A DNA stretch of 64,000 bases. Origin: Camelus dromedarius. Taxonomy: Eukaryota. The stretch is from assembly GCF_036321535.1 (NCBI RefSeq), contig NC_087447.1, positions 40,860,001 through 40,924,000 of the forward strand, read 5' to 3'. How positions within the stretch are numbered: the first letter of the stretch is position 1; each line of letters begins with the position of its first letter. The translations under genes were made by a program, and so were the position numbers. The notes beneath the pieces were generated by a model, which did not search any database, had not been told where the DNA came from, and saw only the letters and a program-made list of their open reading frames with translations. Shown piece by piece: positions 37,981 to 50,931 of the stretch.

Positions 37981-38210
37981 CCTGGCTTTATACATTACTC
38001 CTGCTTCAAATGCTGCTCATCAGTGAGTGAGGGTCTTGATGACATGTGGAATTACAGTCTCATAAAGAAATCGCAGAGTAGAGGAGGGAAAATATTAGTA
38101 ATACTACAATTTCAAGACAGATGCTTATCTTGGATTTCAATGCTTCGGTGGACAGACAGCGATGAAAGGGCACGAAGACTAGATGTGTACTTACAAATCG
38201 CAGTAAGTGC

Positions 38211-38575
38211 TGTATTAGTCAACACCAGCTGCCATAACAAAATACCACAGACTGAATGGCTTATACAACAGAAGTTTATTTTCTCACAGCTCTGAAGGCT
38301 GAAAGTCTGAGATCAGGGGACCAGCATGGTCAGATTCTGGTGAGAGCTCTCTTCCTGGAGTGCAGATGACCACCTTCCCACTGTGCTGTTACATGCCAGA
38401 GAGGGAACTTTACTGTCTGTTCCCCCTCTTGTAAGGACACCAGTTCTGTTTGATCAGGACTCCACCCTTACAACCTCATTTAACCTTAATCACATCCTTA
38501 AAGGTTCCAGTACAGTCACATGGAGGGCATTCAACATATGAATTTTTGAAATTGGGGGGACAATGAAAAACACAG
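38211..38575 (-). mobile_element. MaLR solo LTR (MLT1A-like)
   Basis: tgtattagtc...gctgccataacaaaataccacagactg...ttcaacatatgaattt. Confidence 0.85.
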
Positions 38576-38689
38576 AATGTAAGCTCCAAACAGTCAGGAA
38601 TTTTGTATATTTTGTTCAGTGACAAAATTCCCATCTCATACAACAGTACCCAGCACATAGAAAGTACTCAATAAATAATTGTTGAATTG

Positions 38690-39140
38690 AATTAAAGCAG
38701 AGAAGTGGCATGATCCAATTTATAAATTTATAAGATGGATTGGAGGGCAACATGGGTTAAATCAAAGAAACTTGTTAGGAGGCTATTGATAGAGTTGTCC
38801 ACACAAAGGTAATGGCAGCTTGGACCAGAATGTTAGCTGTGCAGATTGAGAGATGTGATTAAATTTAAGCTATATTTAGGAGGTAGAACTGACCACATTT
38901 GCTGATGTATTGTTGGATGGGAAGGGGGAGGAAGAGGACATAATTATGGATGAGCTACACAATTATTTTTGTAGGTTTCAGACTTGGGCTATTAGGTGGG
39001 TGAGGGGAAGACTAAGGGACAGATGGGGAGGCAGGAAAAGAAATCAAGAACTTGGCTTTGGACAAGGTAAGCTTGTGATGCCTGAGAAATATGCAAGTGG
39101 AGGTGACATTAGGCAGTTGGATATATGAATCTCCAGCTTA
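38690..39140 (-). mobile_element. L2 fragment
   Basis: aagcagagaagtggcatgatc...gttaggaggctattg...aggcagttggatatatga. Confidence 0.65.
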
Positions 39141-42100
39141 GCGGAATGTAGTGTTTCCTCCTGTCCCGAAAAGCTCCTGTTACAGAGATGGTGAATCTTA
39201 CCATCAGTGAAATCTTACAGTGATAATAGTTACACCTCATACTTAGTGGGCCCTAAACTGGGTTAGGTGTTAAAATAAACCCCCCACGTGCATTCTCTCA
39301 TTTAATCCTCACAACAGCTATTTTTGCCATGTGTCATTTTTGTCTCCATTTCCATAGACAAGAAAGCTGAATATTAGAAAGTGAAATGAAGTCACCAATC
39401 CAGCAAATGGGAAATGTGGGATCTGACACCAAGACTGTTTAACCCCTATGCTCTGACCACAGTGACCCCTGTCTCTCAAGAGCCAGAGATCTTAGAAACA
39501 TTTCCTACTCTGCTTCTGAACGATCACGTGACCTTGAACCTCAGGTGGGAGGTAATCTGTTAGGACCCCTGCAATTCTGCTTTACTTCAAGGCTGATCTC
39601 TTTTGTAAATCCCATTTTTTAATGTGAGTTTGCTGTAGGTACCTATCAGAGATGAAACCCACGCTAACAATTCATTTTGATGTGTATGAAAAGGGCAAAT
39701 CCCTTTAAGTGAAGACCCAGCACAACAGTGTTCTTAATCTGAATTCCAATGGAGTAAGAGGAAAACTCCTTAGAACAAATCATTTCTGAGTGAGAAAATG
39801 TTCAGCATCTCAGATGTCACCTGTCACGTGGACCTCACTGTGCTGGAAGGTGACAGAGTGTATTATACTTTCCTTCAGTGATTCTAGTTGCCCTACATTT
39901 CAGAAAGGACCCTCCTGACTTATCCTCCCAGCTTATCTTTGGGGCCAGTGTCACCTTTTTTGGGGGGAGGGAGGTGGCAAATCTGGCATGGACAGTCAAT
40001 TTGAATTTCATTGGGACATGCTAATGAGCCAGTCATCTGTGTGGGATTTGTTTCTGATTAGATTAAGCTTCTGAGAGAGGAAAGAAACAGCCACTGATTA
40101 AAGACATAAAAAAAGAAACACTTTAAATGAGTAAGTGGTTCATCTTCCTATAGCAAACTATAAATTAAACATAGTCCAGAGGATCAACTCTGAATAGCAG
40201 CTGGATAGAGGAATACATCCACAAGGAGAAGGTGCTCACAGCGATTCCGAGGGGCTTACCCCACCAGAGGGGGCTCTGAGCACTCCTAAGGAAATGGCTG
40301 GGCCGAGTTAGCTGGTAAAAAGGACTCTCAGACTAGGCATGGGAAGGGTTTTATTGGGATTTCAGAAAATTGTTCCCTGAGTCCCTGTGACATTCAAGCT
40401 CATTATTATTCTCTGACAGCATCAGTGATGATAATGGGGCCAGAGATCTTAGTTCAAAACAAAGACGCGATTAGAGTAGGAAGTGTACATGTCAATGGGA
40501 CTCTGATTTGGAACTTGGCCAATACTTCTGTCTCAGAGCTGGAGGCTTCTACAGTTTCATTCTGTAGAAATCCTTGGGCTGGAACTAGCCAGCCTTCCCA
40601 GTCTTCCCAGCTCACAGCCCTGTCTTGACTGTGCCACATGAGCAGGGCTGGAGGTGTGGCTGGGCCCCGCCTCCCGGGCTCACTCTGGGATAAGTGGAGC
40701 TGCCACGGGGCTGCTGTCTGTGGCTGTCGGAGGAACCCTGAGCCATGTGTGGTCTCCAAGCCCCTGGCTTTTCCTCTTCCATCCTGCTGGCTTCTAGCTC
40801 GGTTTTCTGACCACTGCTCTGGTTCTGACCTTGAACCAGACTCTCCCTGACAGCCTGTTTTGCAGGGGTTCTAGCACCCTGCCCAGCGCTGGTAGGTCCC
40901 TTGCTCACCCCTAGGGACTAAATCTCTGCTCTGTATCCTCAGTTCCTGGTGGGGACCTGCTCTGAATGGACTCATCACTTGGACTTGGACAATCTCTCCC
41001 CAAGCCTGGAACCTTCTGCTAGAAAGTCTCACCCAATAGACTGACTCCCTGGTCATCTGTGCTGCACGGCCCGAGCCTCTCTGGGCATCTTGCCTCTTCA
41101 CAGGCTGGCAGCTTGTACGAATCAGGGAAATGATCACTGCCTGCAGCAGCAGCGCCCAGACCCCAAAGTCAGAACCCAGGACAAGTTTATTTCTCGCTCA
41201 CCTCACAGTCCCCTAAAGGGTGGGAGGCTCTCCTGGCCAGCTCATCTTCAAGTGGTAGCTGAGGACTCAGGTTGCTTTTCTTGTGCGTTTCCTGTCTTTT
41301 AACTTCAAGGTCATCTTGGTGTAAACATCCAATGGCTTGGGAGGAGAAGGGGTACACGTGTTCGTGGGCTTCCCACACTGGATGCGCACCCACTTTGGCC
41401 AGAAAGTGACAGGTGTAACTTCCTTTTTTATTTCGTTGGCCTGAGCCACCCACATAATCCCTCCCAACTGCAGGGGAGGCTGGGAGAGGCAGAGGAGCAC
41501 GCAGAGTCAGCCACGCCCATGGAGACCCCCCCTTCTCCTGTCTCTACTTCCCCAGTCCCAGGAAGGACCAGGACTAACTTCTTCCTTTTTTTTTCTGTTT
41601 TGTCTTGAGTCCAACCTAGCCTGCATTTGGTCAGTGTTAATCAGGGCGATATGAGATTTGGGGTATGAGATTCGAGGCTGATAGGAGATTTGAGGGAATC
41701 ATGAATAAGCTCACCTTGGCTGGAACCATTAAAAGATGCCTTCTAATCTCGATGACCGTGTTTGCAAAGCGAGCCTCAGCCTCCTGGAATGTCCCATGAG
41801 GAAGTGAACTCTCATGGCCCCAGTCTTTATAGGCAGAGCCTTAGGGTCCGGGGACAAGCTGGGTCCAGTGTATCTCATGGGCTAGTTTGCTGAGCTTGGT
41901 GTCATGGCTGCCCCGCCGTTTCCTGTATTTCAGCAAATCTCAAATCCCTGCAAAACAGCCTTTTAACCTTTTCTTCATGAAAACCTTCCAGACATTCCAG
42001 CCCAGCTGGTCTCCTCTTGGAGTCCTGCCAGATGAATCTGCCTGCGGCCTCCTGATAGTTATGAAGAATCCCTTTCAAACAGGGAAACTGCTTCAAGTGC

Positions 42101-42408
42101 CTCTTAGGGCTGACCCAGAACCAGAACCCTTGAGGGACACCGTCCAAGAAAAAGCATCATTTTTTTTTCCTTCCGAGCAGCAGGTCTGTCCAGAAGACTC
42201 TTTGGCAGTGTTTTATTGCAAGAAGAGAGCTTGGGAAACTAAATCCACAGGGACTGTTTCTCTGTGGGGTCTGATGGAAGAATAGCATTGTCAGACTTTA
42301 AAAATATTTCCTTACACTTGAAAATAATGAAATATTTGCCCTTGGAAGCCTGGGAGAGCACCAGGGAAAGGGCCCTGGGGATGACTCAGGACTAAGGCCC
42401 AACACTTT

Positions 42409-43098
42409 ACTTTCTTTAAATTAAAAGTGTAGCTGATTTATAATGTTGTATTCAAGGGTACAGCAAAGTTACTCAATGAGATATATATATACATATTCTT
42501 TTTTCAGATTCTTTTCCATTATAGGTTATTACAAGATATTGAATATAGTTCCCTGTGCTACAGAGTAGGTCCTTGTTAATTATCTATTTTCTATATAATA
42601 GTGTATATATCTAAATCCCAAACTCCTAATTTCTCCCTCCCCCCAACTCTTTTCCCCTTTGGTGACCATAGTTTGTTTTCTATGTCTGTGAATCTATTTC
42701 TGTTTTGTAAATAAGTTCATTTGTATCATTTTTTTCTAGATTCCATGTATCAGTGATATCATATGATATTTGTCTTTCTCTGTCTGACTTACTTCACTTA
42801 ATATGATAATCTCTAGGTCCATCCATGTTGCTGCAAATGGTGTTATTTTATTCTTTTTTTCTGGCCGAGTAGTATTCCATTGTATAAATATACCACAACT
42901 TCTTTATCCAGTCCTGTGTTGATGGACATTTAGGTTGTTTCCATGTCTTGGCTATTGTATATAGTGCTGCTATGAACATTGGGGTGCGTGTTTCATTTTG
43001 AGTTAGAGTTTTCTCTGGATGTATGCCCAGTAGTGGGGTTGCTGGGTAAGTCTATTTTTAGTTTTTTAAGGAACCTCCACACTGTCTTCCATAGCACC
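42409..43098 (-). mobile_element. 5'-truncated L1 3' end, antisense
   Basis: ttacaagatattgaatatagttccctgtgcta...gatggacatttaggttgtttccatgtcttggc...; TSD AAG(G/A)CCCAAC(A/T)CTT at 42394-42407 and 43099-43112. Confidence 0.92.
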
Positions 43099-43254
43099 AA
43101 GACCCAACTCTTGACCCTTCATCCGTGCAATAAGCATTCATCAAGCATCTATCGTGTGCCAGGCCCTATTTAGGCTCTAGAGGTTCCTTAAGGAGAGCAA
43201 GGTGGCCACAAGGCCTTCTCTTGCAGCCTGGTGGTGCGGGCCAATAAACAGGAG

Positions 43255-43900
43255 AAAATCTCCATCTCACATCTCACTGGTACTCAGGAAATTGCAAATT
43301 AAAACTACAGTGAGCATGAATTTCACAGCCATCAGATTGGCAAGATTAAAAAGTTGGACAATGCCAAATGTTGGCGAGATTGTGAAGCAACATGACTGCT
43401 CATCTGTGCTGGTGGGATTGGAGTGTGGGATACTCACTTTGGAAGAGTTAAATGTGTGTTATAACCTATGCCTCAGAAATCTCACTGTGATGTAGATACA
43501 CAGAGAGGTGCCATCTCTTGGGTGCCATGAGACACATATAAGAATGTTCCAAGGAGCACTATTCATAATCCTAGAAACAACCAGACTGTCAACCACCAGT
43601 AGAATGCATAAATAAACATCTGTATATTCATACAATGGAACACGATGGTGATGAAAGTAAATGAAGCAAGAAGTAAATTGCAAAATGCAGACAATATGCT
43701 TCCATTTATATAGCATTCAAAACCAGGTAAAACCAAGCAGGTAGTTAAGATTGATAGCAAAGAAATTATTAACAAAATTCTGGATAATGGGTTACTTTTA
43801 GAGGTAAAGAGGACCACACAGATTTCTAAGTTGCTGCCAGTGTCCTGTTTTGTAGGCAGGTGGTAGGTAAACAGTTGTCCCTTGTCTCACGTGTCTTTAA
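43255..43900 (+). mobile_element. Old L1 (L1ME-like) 3' fragment
   Basis: gaaattgcaaattaaaactacagtgag...cagattggcaagattaaaaag...ccatttatatagcattcaaaaccagg. Confidence 0.7.
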
Positions 43901-46900
43901 GCTGTACATACGCATTGTACACGCACAAAGCTACCGTAAGTGCTGTGCAAGAGGAAGTGGAGGTGACGTGGGAATGCAGAGCTGCGACATTTAGCAAAAT
44001 TCAGGGCAGCCGGGGAGAGCAGGTAGGAATTAGCCAGACAAACAAATACATGCGCTAGAGGGAACAGGCTGACAGCTTCCGCTCTTGGCTCTTGTCTTAG
44101 CTTTGCTGGGATTTGACCTCTGTTTCCTTCTCCTTCCCGTGCAGGACGGGGACTAGTGTGAGATGGTAAGGCATCCAGGGTGAAAACTGAAGGATGCCCT
44201 AAGAATGAGTGCCCTGCTCAGCCCTCATCAGTGTCTTTGTTTGCCTGCATTTCTGACCCTATGACCACTCTGCAGACACATCTCTGATCTTCTGCCAGCA
44301 GTTCTCAGGTGTCAGCCTCCATCCTCCTTGTCTCCCTCCCCCCACTTGGCTTTCGACTCTTGTCTTGGCATTTCACAGCCAAGTTAGGCGAGACAGTTAC
44401 ATATAAAAAGATAATTAACAACATGAGCCAGAAATAAGGACTACATGAGTGGTACAAATCATGTGTTTCAGGAGTTTGGAGGAACAGGGCCAGGCTGGCT
44501 TTGGATGGATGGAAAGCAGGAAGGAGGATTTCTGGGCTAAGGGAACAGTGGGAACATTTTGCCAAGAGAGAAGAACTCATTAAAAGTCATAAGGACAGGA
44601 TTTGGGATCTTATCCTGTGGACTGCGCTTGTGAAGGGCAAGGGGAAGGTGCCACTACCCCTGCTCCCTTCCCCATGGCAGCTGCTACTAGTAGAGGGTGG
44701 TGGCTTTTCCACTGAGTCCAGAGAGAGCCTCAGAATCCTTCTCAACCCAGTGCTTCAGAAGGACATTAACAAGTGAAGGGATTTAACGCCAGAGTCTTTG
44801 GCTATTCCTGCCGGAGACTATAGAGTGATCACCAGACTCTGAGTAGGAGGAGTGGTTGCACTGCATCCTATTGCCTTGCTTCCACTGTATCTCTATTTTA
44901 CAACTCCCAGTTCACAGCTCTGCCAGTTGTGCTTCAAATACTGGCCATCCTTTGAGGTACTGGCAAGAAAACTGAGAATACAGGATGCAAAATGTAGAGG
45001 GGATCTGAAATGGCATTGAGTCCAGCTCTTCCACTTGGCAGCTGGGAGAAACTGAGGCTTGAGAAGGAAACAGGTCAATTTATGTATGTGGCAAACATAA
45101 GACAGAAACTCAGTCTTCTGACCTTGACCTTGTACCAGCAGCTCCCCTTCCTGGGGAGGGAAAAGAATCTGATCCTTCCTAAGAACCTACTAGACACTGT
45201 CTTTGCTAGTGGGAGTTTTTCATACAGCATCTCTTTTCAACCTGCCAGTTGTCCCAATAAAAAGGCCACTGACATCCAAGGACAGATCCAAGTCAAAGGC
45301 TAATGTGTAACAGAGGAGGATTCACACCCCCTCCACCAGCCCCCAAGACCTGTGTGCTTTCTTGTAGATCCCAGCTGATGTGCCAAGTTTTTCAGAAACC
45401 ATCGCAGGATTAGGGCTCCCTGGGAGGGACTGATGGTGAGAGGGGCTTGCTCTGCCCTGGGTAACTGTTGTTTACGGCCTGCTTCGGGTCACATCTGGGG
45501 ACAGCCCCGCAGCTTCTCTGCAGGCTTCGGCAAGCGTTGGCGAGGTCGGGGGCTTTCTCTACAGTGAGTTCATGGCTCCATAAGGCAAAACCGCCTGCGA
45601 TAACCCAGGAGCATTTGATAACTTTCTGGGTTTTACGATGGTAATTTAAGCTCTGCAGCCAAAGTAACTCTCCTTGGTTGCAGCAGCATACACTAAAATG
45701 TCAGAGCTTTGCTGAAAAACCACTTGGATTTGAAGGAAGTCGTTGTGTTCAGTAAAATCTGGCACATTTTATGTTTATGGCCTTTATTAGAGGATCCAGC
45801 TGAGCAAGTTAAAACCGCCTCTCTGTATGGTTAGTGAAAAGCCCAGGGCTCTCGGATTGCTGGAATCACTCATTCAAATCACTGCTATTGAATAGGTGCT
45901 AAGTGCCCGGTACCGGTGTACACAACACGATCCTTGTCTTTCTGGAGCCTATACTGGAGTGGGGCGGTGGAGGTGGAGGGCAGACACTGAAAGAATAAAT
46001 ACGTAAACAGAAGTACTGCGAATAAGCATTATTAAGAGAAAGGGTGGGGCCCTAACAGTATTCAGAGGGGACCTAATTTAGACTGGGTGGGTGAAAGAAG
46101 GTAATATTTGAGCTGGGTAATAAGCAGGGGAAGTTATTCCAGAAGATGGAATAGCAGGTGCAAAGGCACAGAGACAGGAAAGAACTTGGTGTGGTCAAGA
46201 AGCAAGTTGTCCAGGACCCACCTAGAAGCCACGAGGTCCAGTCTCGGGCTGACATGCCGTCAGGCGTCCCCAGTGCCTGTAAGACTAGCACATGCCACCC
46301 TTGTAACGAGCCTGGGTCACAGGCACCCTATGTAAAAATTAAGTTCTACATCTTGGTAGTGGCTTCCTGTTTACTACAACCTCATCTACCTTTTTGGTTA
46401 CTGACCTTTGGTCTTCATTTCCCAGCCACTCATTTGGTACCCATCCCCTTGGCCCGCCTCCTTTTGGCATCCCCACCCCGGAGAACTTGCAATGCTAAGC
46501 CATCATTCTGTCCCACATCTTTACCCTGCTTCCAGTGGCCCTGCTTCTCTGGCATAGTTCCTCCTGTCTGTGGCCTCCGTCTGGTTTGGGTCTCGCTACC
46601 TCATGCCAGCTATGACACGTGTCCTAGGCCCAGCTCCCTTTCACTTGCCCCTCCCACGCCCCTCCCAAGCCTCCATGGAAGTTTCATGATGTCATCTTTT
46701 ATGAAGTCTAAATGCCTGTGATTTTCTTTCCTGGCCTTTGTCTACCATACCATCCATGAGAGGGTCTCTGAGATTGGCTGAGAGTAAGATTTCTGAGATT
46801 CTCTGTGTCAGGCCATTAGTCAGCAGAGCGGCTCGTCACATGGGCCTCAGAGAGCAAGGGCTTTCTCTTGTTTATTTCGGTGTCATCAGGCGGGGTCCAG

Positions 46901-47984
46901 AAGTGGTGGGGTAAACACGCCAGATACACATCTTCTGCTCCAATGCCCAGAAGCTGCCAGGAACCCAAAGGCTAGATCCAAGGCAGATGCCTTCACCCTC
47001 TCCATAGATTTGTTCCTTCTCGCAGAAGAGAGGGGAGCAGAGATGACCTGTAGGTGGACAGGTGCTCCCAGTCTTGGCGGTGGGAGGGGTGGTTCTTGCA
47101 CACACCCCCCCCCCGCTAGGCAGGGGACTCTGGAGGGCAGTACGTCTTCTGTCTGTTGAGCTTCAGCCAGACATGTGAGCCCTCTGCAGTCATTTGTCCC
47201 CTGAAGGGGGCTGTACAGGAGAAGCCAAATAGTGGCAATCATAATGGTTATTATAAAATATGTAATGATACCAAGTGCAGACTAAGGGCTTACAGTATCC
47301 CGGCATTATGACAGGGGCTTCCGGAGCCCACAGCCCAGTGCAGTGGTCACTGCCACGTGCATTTAGTAGATGAGACGGTAACTACCCCAGAGTTGCCACT
47401 CAGCCAGCGCGTGGGGGGGCCAGAATTGACCCAGATGTCCTGTCCCCACCACGACACCATGCACACGGAGTTCACACTGAGACAGCTCAGGGTTAAACAC
47501 ATCTGCACTCCGTCCCCCTCTTTGACAGGGTAAAATTGAGGCTCAGGAGAAGTAACTTGCCACAGCAACAGGTGGCGGAGGTTAAAAAAACAAATTGAGT
47601 CCAATTCTCACTAGCTCCAAAGCTGTGCTTTTAAAACCTATGTGCTACTCCCACCCGGCCCAGCCGCCCCACCTCTGCTGGAAACCCGTGATCTGTTCTA
47701 GGCACCATTTAGCACCTGTCTAAGTGCAAATCTGGTGAAGAACGTGGAGAACATTTTGAAAGAGGAAAGCAGATAATTAAACAAGCAAGTACAAGAGTGT
47801 CGTGATCGGGAAAGACAGGGCAGGGACCACAGAGCACGGCAGGCTGGCCTAGTTGAAGGGGATACAGTGCTGAGACACCAGCTGACACTCCAAGGATGTG
47901 AAGGGAAGCGGGCAGGGCTGGGGTATGTAACTGCATGAGCAGAAATCCAGAGGTGAGAGGAAGCCCGGCGTGCTGGAGGAAGTA

Positions 47985-48295
47985 AAAAAATGTCAGAGTG
48001 GCTGCAACATGGAGTGTGTTCAGGAAGCGAGTGCAGCACGAGGCTAGAGGGGTGGGAAGGGGCCAGGCCCCGGGAGCCTGCAGGGCTGTGCTGCGGAGGG
48101 TGCAGTGCAGGGGGTCGTGATCCAGTGCACACCTTAAAAAGATCCTTCTGGCTGCTGGGTGGAGAAGAGACTGGAGGAGGAAGGCAGGAGGGAGGTCAGT
48201 TGTTGGGAGGCTGTTGCAGAGTCCAGATGGGACATGGCAGTGGTCTGGACTAGGGCGGTGGCTGCGGGATGGGGACAGGGGAGTGGCTTCAAGAG
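47985..48295 (-). mobile_element. L2 fragment
   Basis: aaaaagatccttctggctgctg...gggaggctgttgcagagtccag...gtggtctggactaggg. Confidence 0.6.
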
Positions 48296-48944
48296 CTCAC
48301 CAGTGGGTTCACATTGCTCCTTTAACTGCGCGGCTAAGGGCAGGATGGGAGGTGCTGCCACCACCCTTCTGATTAGAACCATGGCAGATGCGCCCACTGT
48401 AAGGTGATATGGTGACAAACTCTTTACTAAACAGGTCTTTTAAGAAAAGAGCTTTGTTACAAACCATGTTCTGTGTTGTGTTGCTGAAATACGTCAATTA
48501 ATAGCCTCCGTTCCAGTTGCACAAAGAATAAATACCCCGACTCTGTGTTATCAATAACAATATTCACAGGTTTTCCTTGAAAATCTGAGCAAAGTGAATT
48601 GGAAATCAACACAATCCCCAGAACGTACAGGTCACGGAGATAAAGGTGCACAGCCTGGGGCCTTCCATGGCTCCCAGTCCTGATCCCCAGAATCACCCCC
48701 TGGTGTGGGAACTTTCCTCAAAGCCTGGTCCCCCCAGGGAAGCACTGGCTCTTCCTTGAGCTTCGGTCAGGCTCAGACAGATTCTTCTGTCTTCTGTACC
48801 AGCTGTGTGGTCTTGGGCAAGGGACAGCCTTGGTCCCTTCAACCCATCAACGACCATAGGTCTTCATCCAAGGTGTTGAGGGCAGTGACCACTACCTGAC
48901 GAGCTATTCTGAAGATCCTGCTGTATATCATTTCTATAGTAACG

Positions 48945-49190
48945 GCTGGGACTGAGCCAGTGCTTACTATATGCTGGGCATCTTTCTAAGCACCTTGCAT
49001 ATAATCATGTTAATCTTCTCAACAACCCCATGAGATAGGTAGTATTAGGGTCCCCACGGGAGATGAGGAAACTGAGGCCCACTGAGATCATGTGACTTAC
49101 CCAAGGTCACATAGCTAGTGTGAAACAGAGCCAGGATTTGAACTTAAGTCGTATGATTCCAAACCCTTTGCTCAGAACGACCATGCTCTG
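48945..49190 (-). mobile_element. MIR SINE
   Basis: gatgaggaaactgaggccc...gtgacttacccaaggtcacatagctagt...gagccaggatttgaac. Confidence 0.8.
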
Positions 49191-50745
49191 CTGTCTCTCT
49201 GCGTTCACAGTTCGATGTCTGGCATGTAGTGGACGCTCAGTGAGAAGGTTTATTTCCTTTCCATTGGCTCTAAATAAGATACTACACTCAAGACAAGCTT
49301 AGAAAGTGGTTAGTCCATTGCCTTCCAAATCTAACAGCCTAGCCTGTAGGGACCAACTGGTGTGAAATAGACAGTGGACAAGAAGGCGTTGTCTTCCAGC
49401 CTAACACTGGGGAATTAAGCTAAATCTGAGGCTGACCTTACCTTGGATGAAGACCTATGATTGTTGACGGATACATGTTGTAAGTGCAAACATCATCCGT
49501 CAGATTGTCCAGTTGACAATACCTGATGAGTGACCACTGCTGTTCACCAAAAGCTCTTGATTGCTTTCCCCCAGAAGCCTCACTCATCAGCTCTGACCAG
49601 GTATTTCAGATTCATCCCACTTTATTAAGCATCAATCCCTTATTGATTGTCTGATTAAGCATCAATCATTTGTATATTTACTCAACAAGTACTTACAACG
49701 TACCCATATGTACCAGGCCTTGTATTAGTAGCTAGAGATGAGAAACGATTGAGATGTGGGTTCTGCCCTCGAGGAGGAGAGTGGAGGGGGCAGGCTGGCC
49801 TATCAGTGGCTAAGTTGTGGCATCAAGAGCTTTGAGGGCCAGAGGAGGGAGCGATTCTGCCCCAAGAATCCAAGAACTGAGCAAAGACCCCACAACAGTG
49901 GGGCCTTGTGGCCAAGATCTTGAGAGCTGATATTTTTCAGCTGGAGAAGGAGTAGAGCGGGCATCCAAAAATTACAAAGAGAACAGGCAAAGACCTATAG
50001 GCACAAAAAAGATGTTCACGTTCCGGAACACTGACCGTTCAGAATGACTGGAATGGTTGTGGCAAGAGCTCCAAGGTACTGCCCCTCGATGTTCAGGATA
50101 CAAGGTCGTTTTTCTTTATTTTTTTCAAAATCAAATTGCATCCAGTTCAAGCTCCTACTCACCAGGGTCAGTGAGGAGTTTCATATCATTCTCTTCTTTG
50201 TAGCTCCCCCTCCCTTGGGTTCTGTCAGAACTCGGGGCCAGGAAAGATGGAGCGGGAGCAGGGCGCCTGGCTCTCTCCCTGCGGTGATCACTAATCCGTG
50301 CCCAGGCCCAGGTGGTCCATTTTAAGATCACATCTCTGCTGGGATTTTCTGCTGGTCCCTCCCTGTCAGGCGCTGCTGCAGAGAACATTGTCAAGGATTT
50401 TGTTAGCGTCTTTCCTGGGGGCACGGAGAACCCAGATCACTGGTCACAAAATGTCTGGTCTCTTCTTTTAGGGGAGGGAAGGTGGAAGGAAGAGAGAAGG
50501 TGCATTAATTCTTTACTGGTAAATCTCCAGCAACAGGGAACAAGACACAAATTAATGATTCAATAACCTTCCTGCTGTAGAAGTAGAAATCAGATGCATT
50601 TTGCTCCCTTTGCAGCCAGTGGTTTGAAGAGACAACGTGAAGAGAGCTGGATTTGTCCGTGCTCTTGTTTGAGGTCACCTGCGGTCTGGGTTAGAGGCTC
50701 CAAGGCAGCTCTGGGCACTGATGAGTGGCTCTGTGTCTTCCGCAG

Positions 50746-50931
50746 GTGTGGCAGTGTGGTGGGAGCGTGGAGGTCCTGCCCTGCTCACGGATTGCCCACA
50801 TCGAGCGAGCCCACAAGCCCTACACCGAGGACCTCACCGCCCACGTCCGCAGGAATGCCCTCAGGGTGGCCGAAGTCTGGATGGATGAATTTAAAAGCCA
50901 TGTCTACATGGCATGGAACATACCCCAAGAG
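50746..50931 (+). CDS. GALNT18: GALNT18 coding exon (~exon 7, 186 nt, phase 0->0): VWQCGGSVEVLPCSRIAHIERAHKPYTEDLTAHVRRNALRVAEVWMDEFKSHVYMAWNIPQE
   Basis: Acceptor tcttccgcag|GTG; donor GAG|gtagga. Contains the WQCGG, PCSR.AH and R.AEVWMDE signatures of GALNTs. Confidence 0.97.

Noticed and set aside
40258..40278. CTCF-like CCACCAGAGGGGGC (weaker ones near 531, 17966, 47565)
   Set aside because: Each misses conserved core positions. They cannot be supported without a PWM scan or ChIP data.
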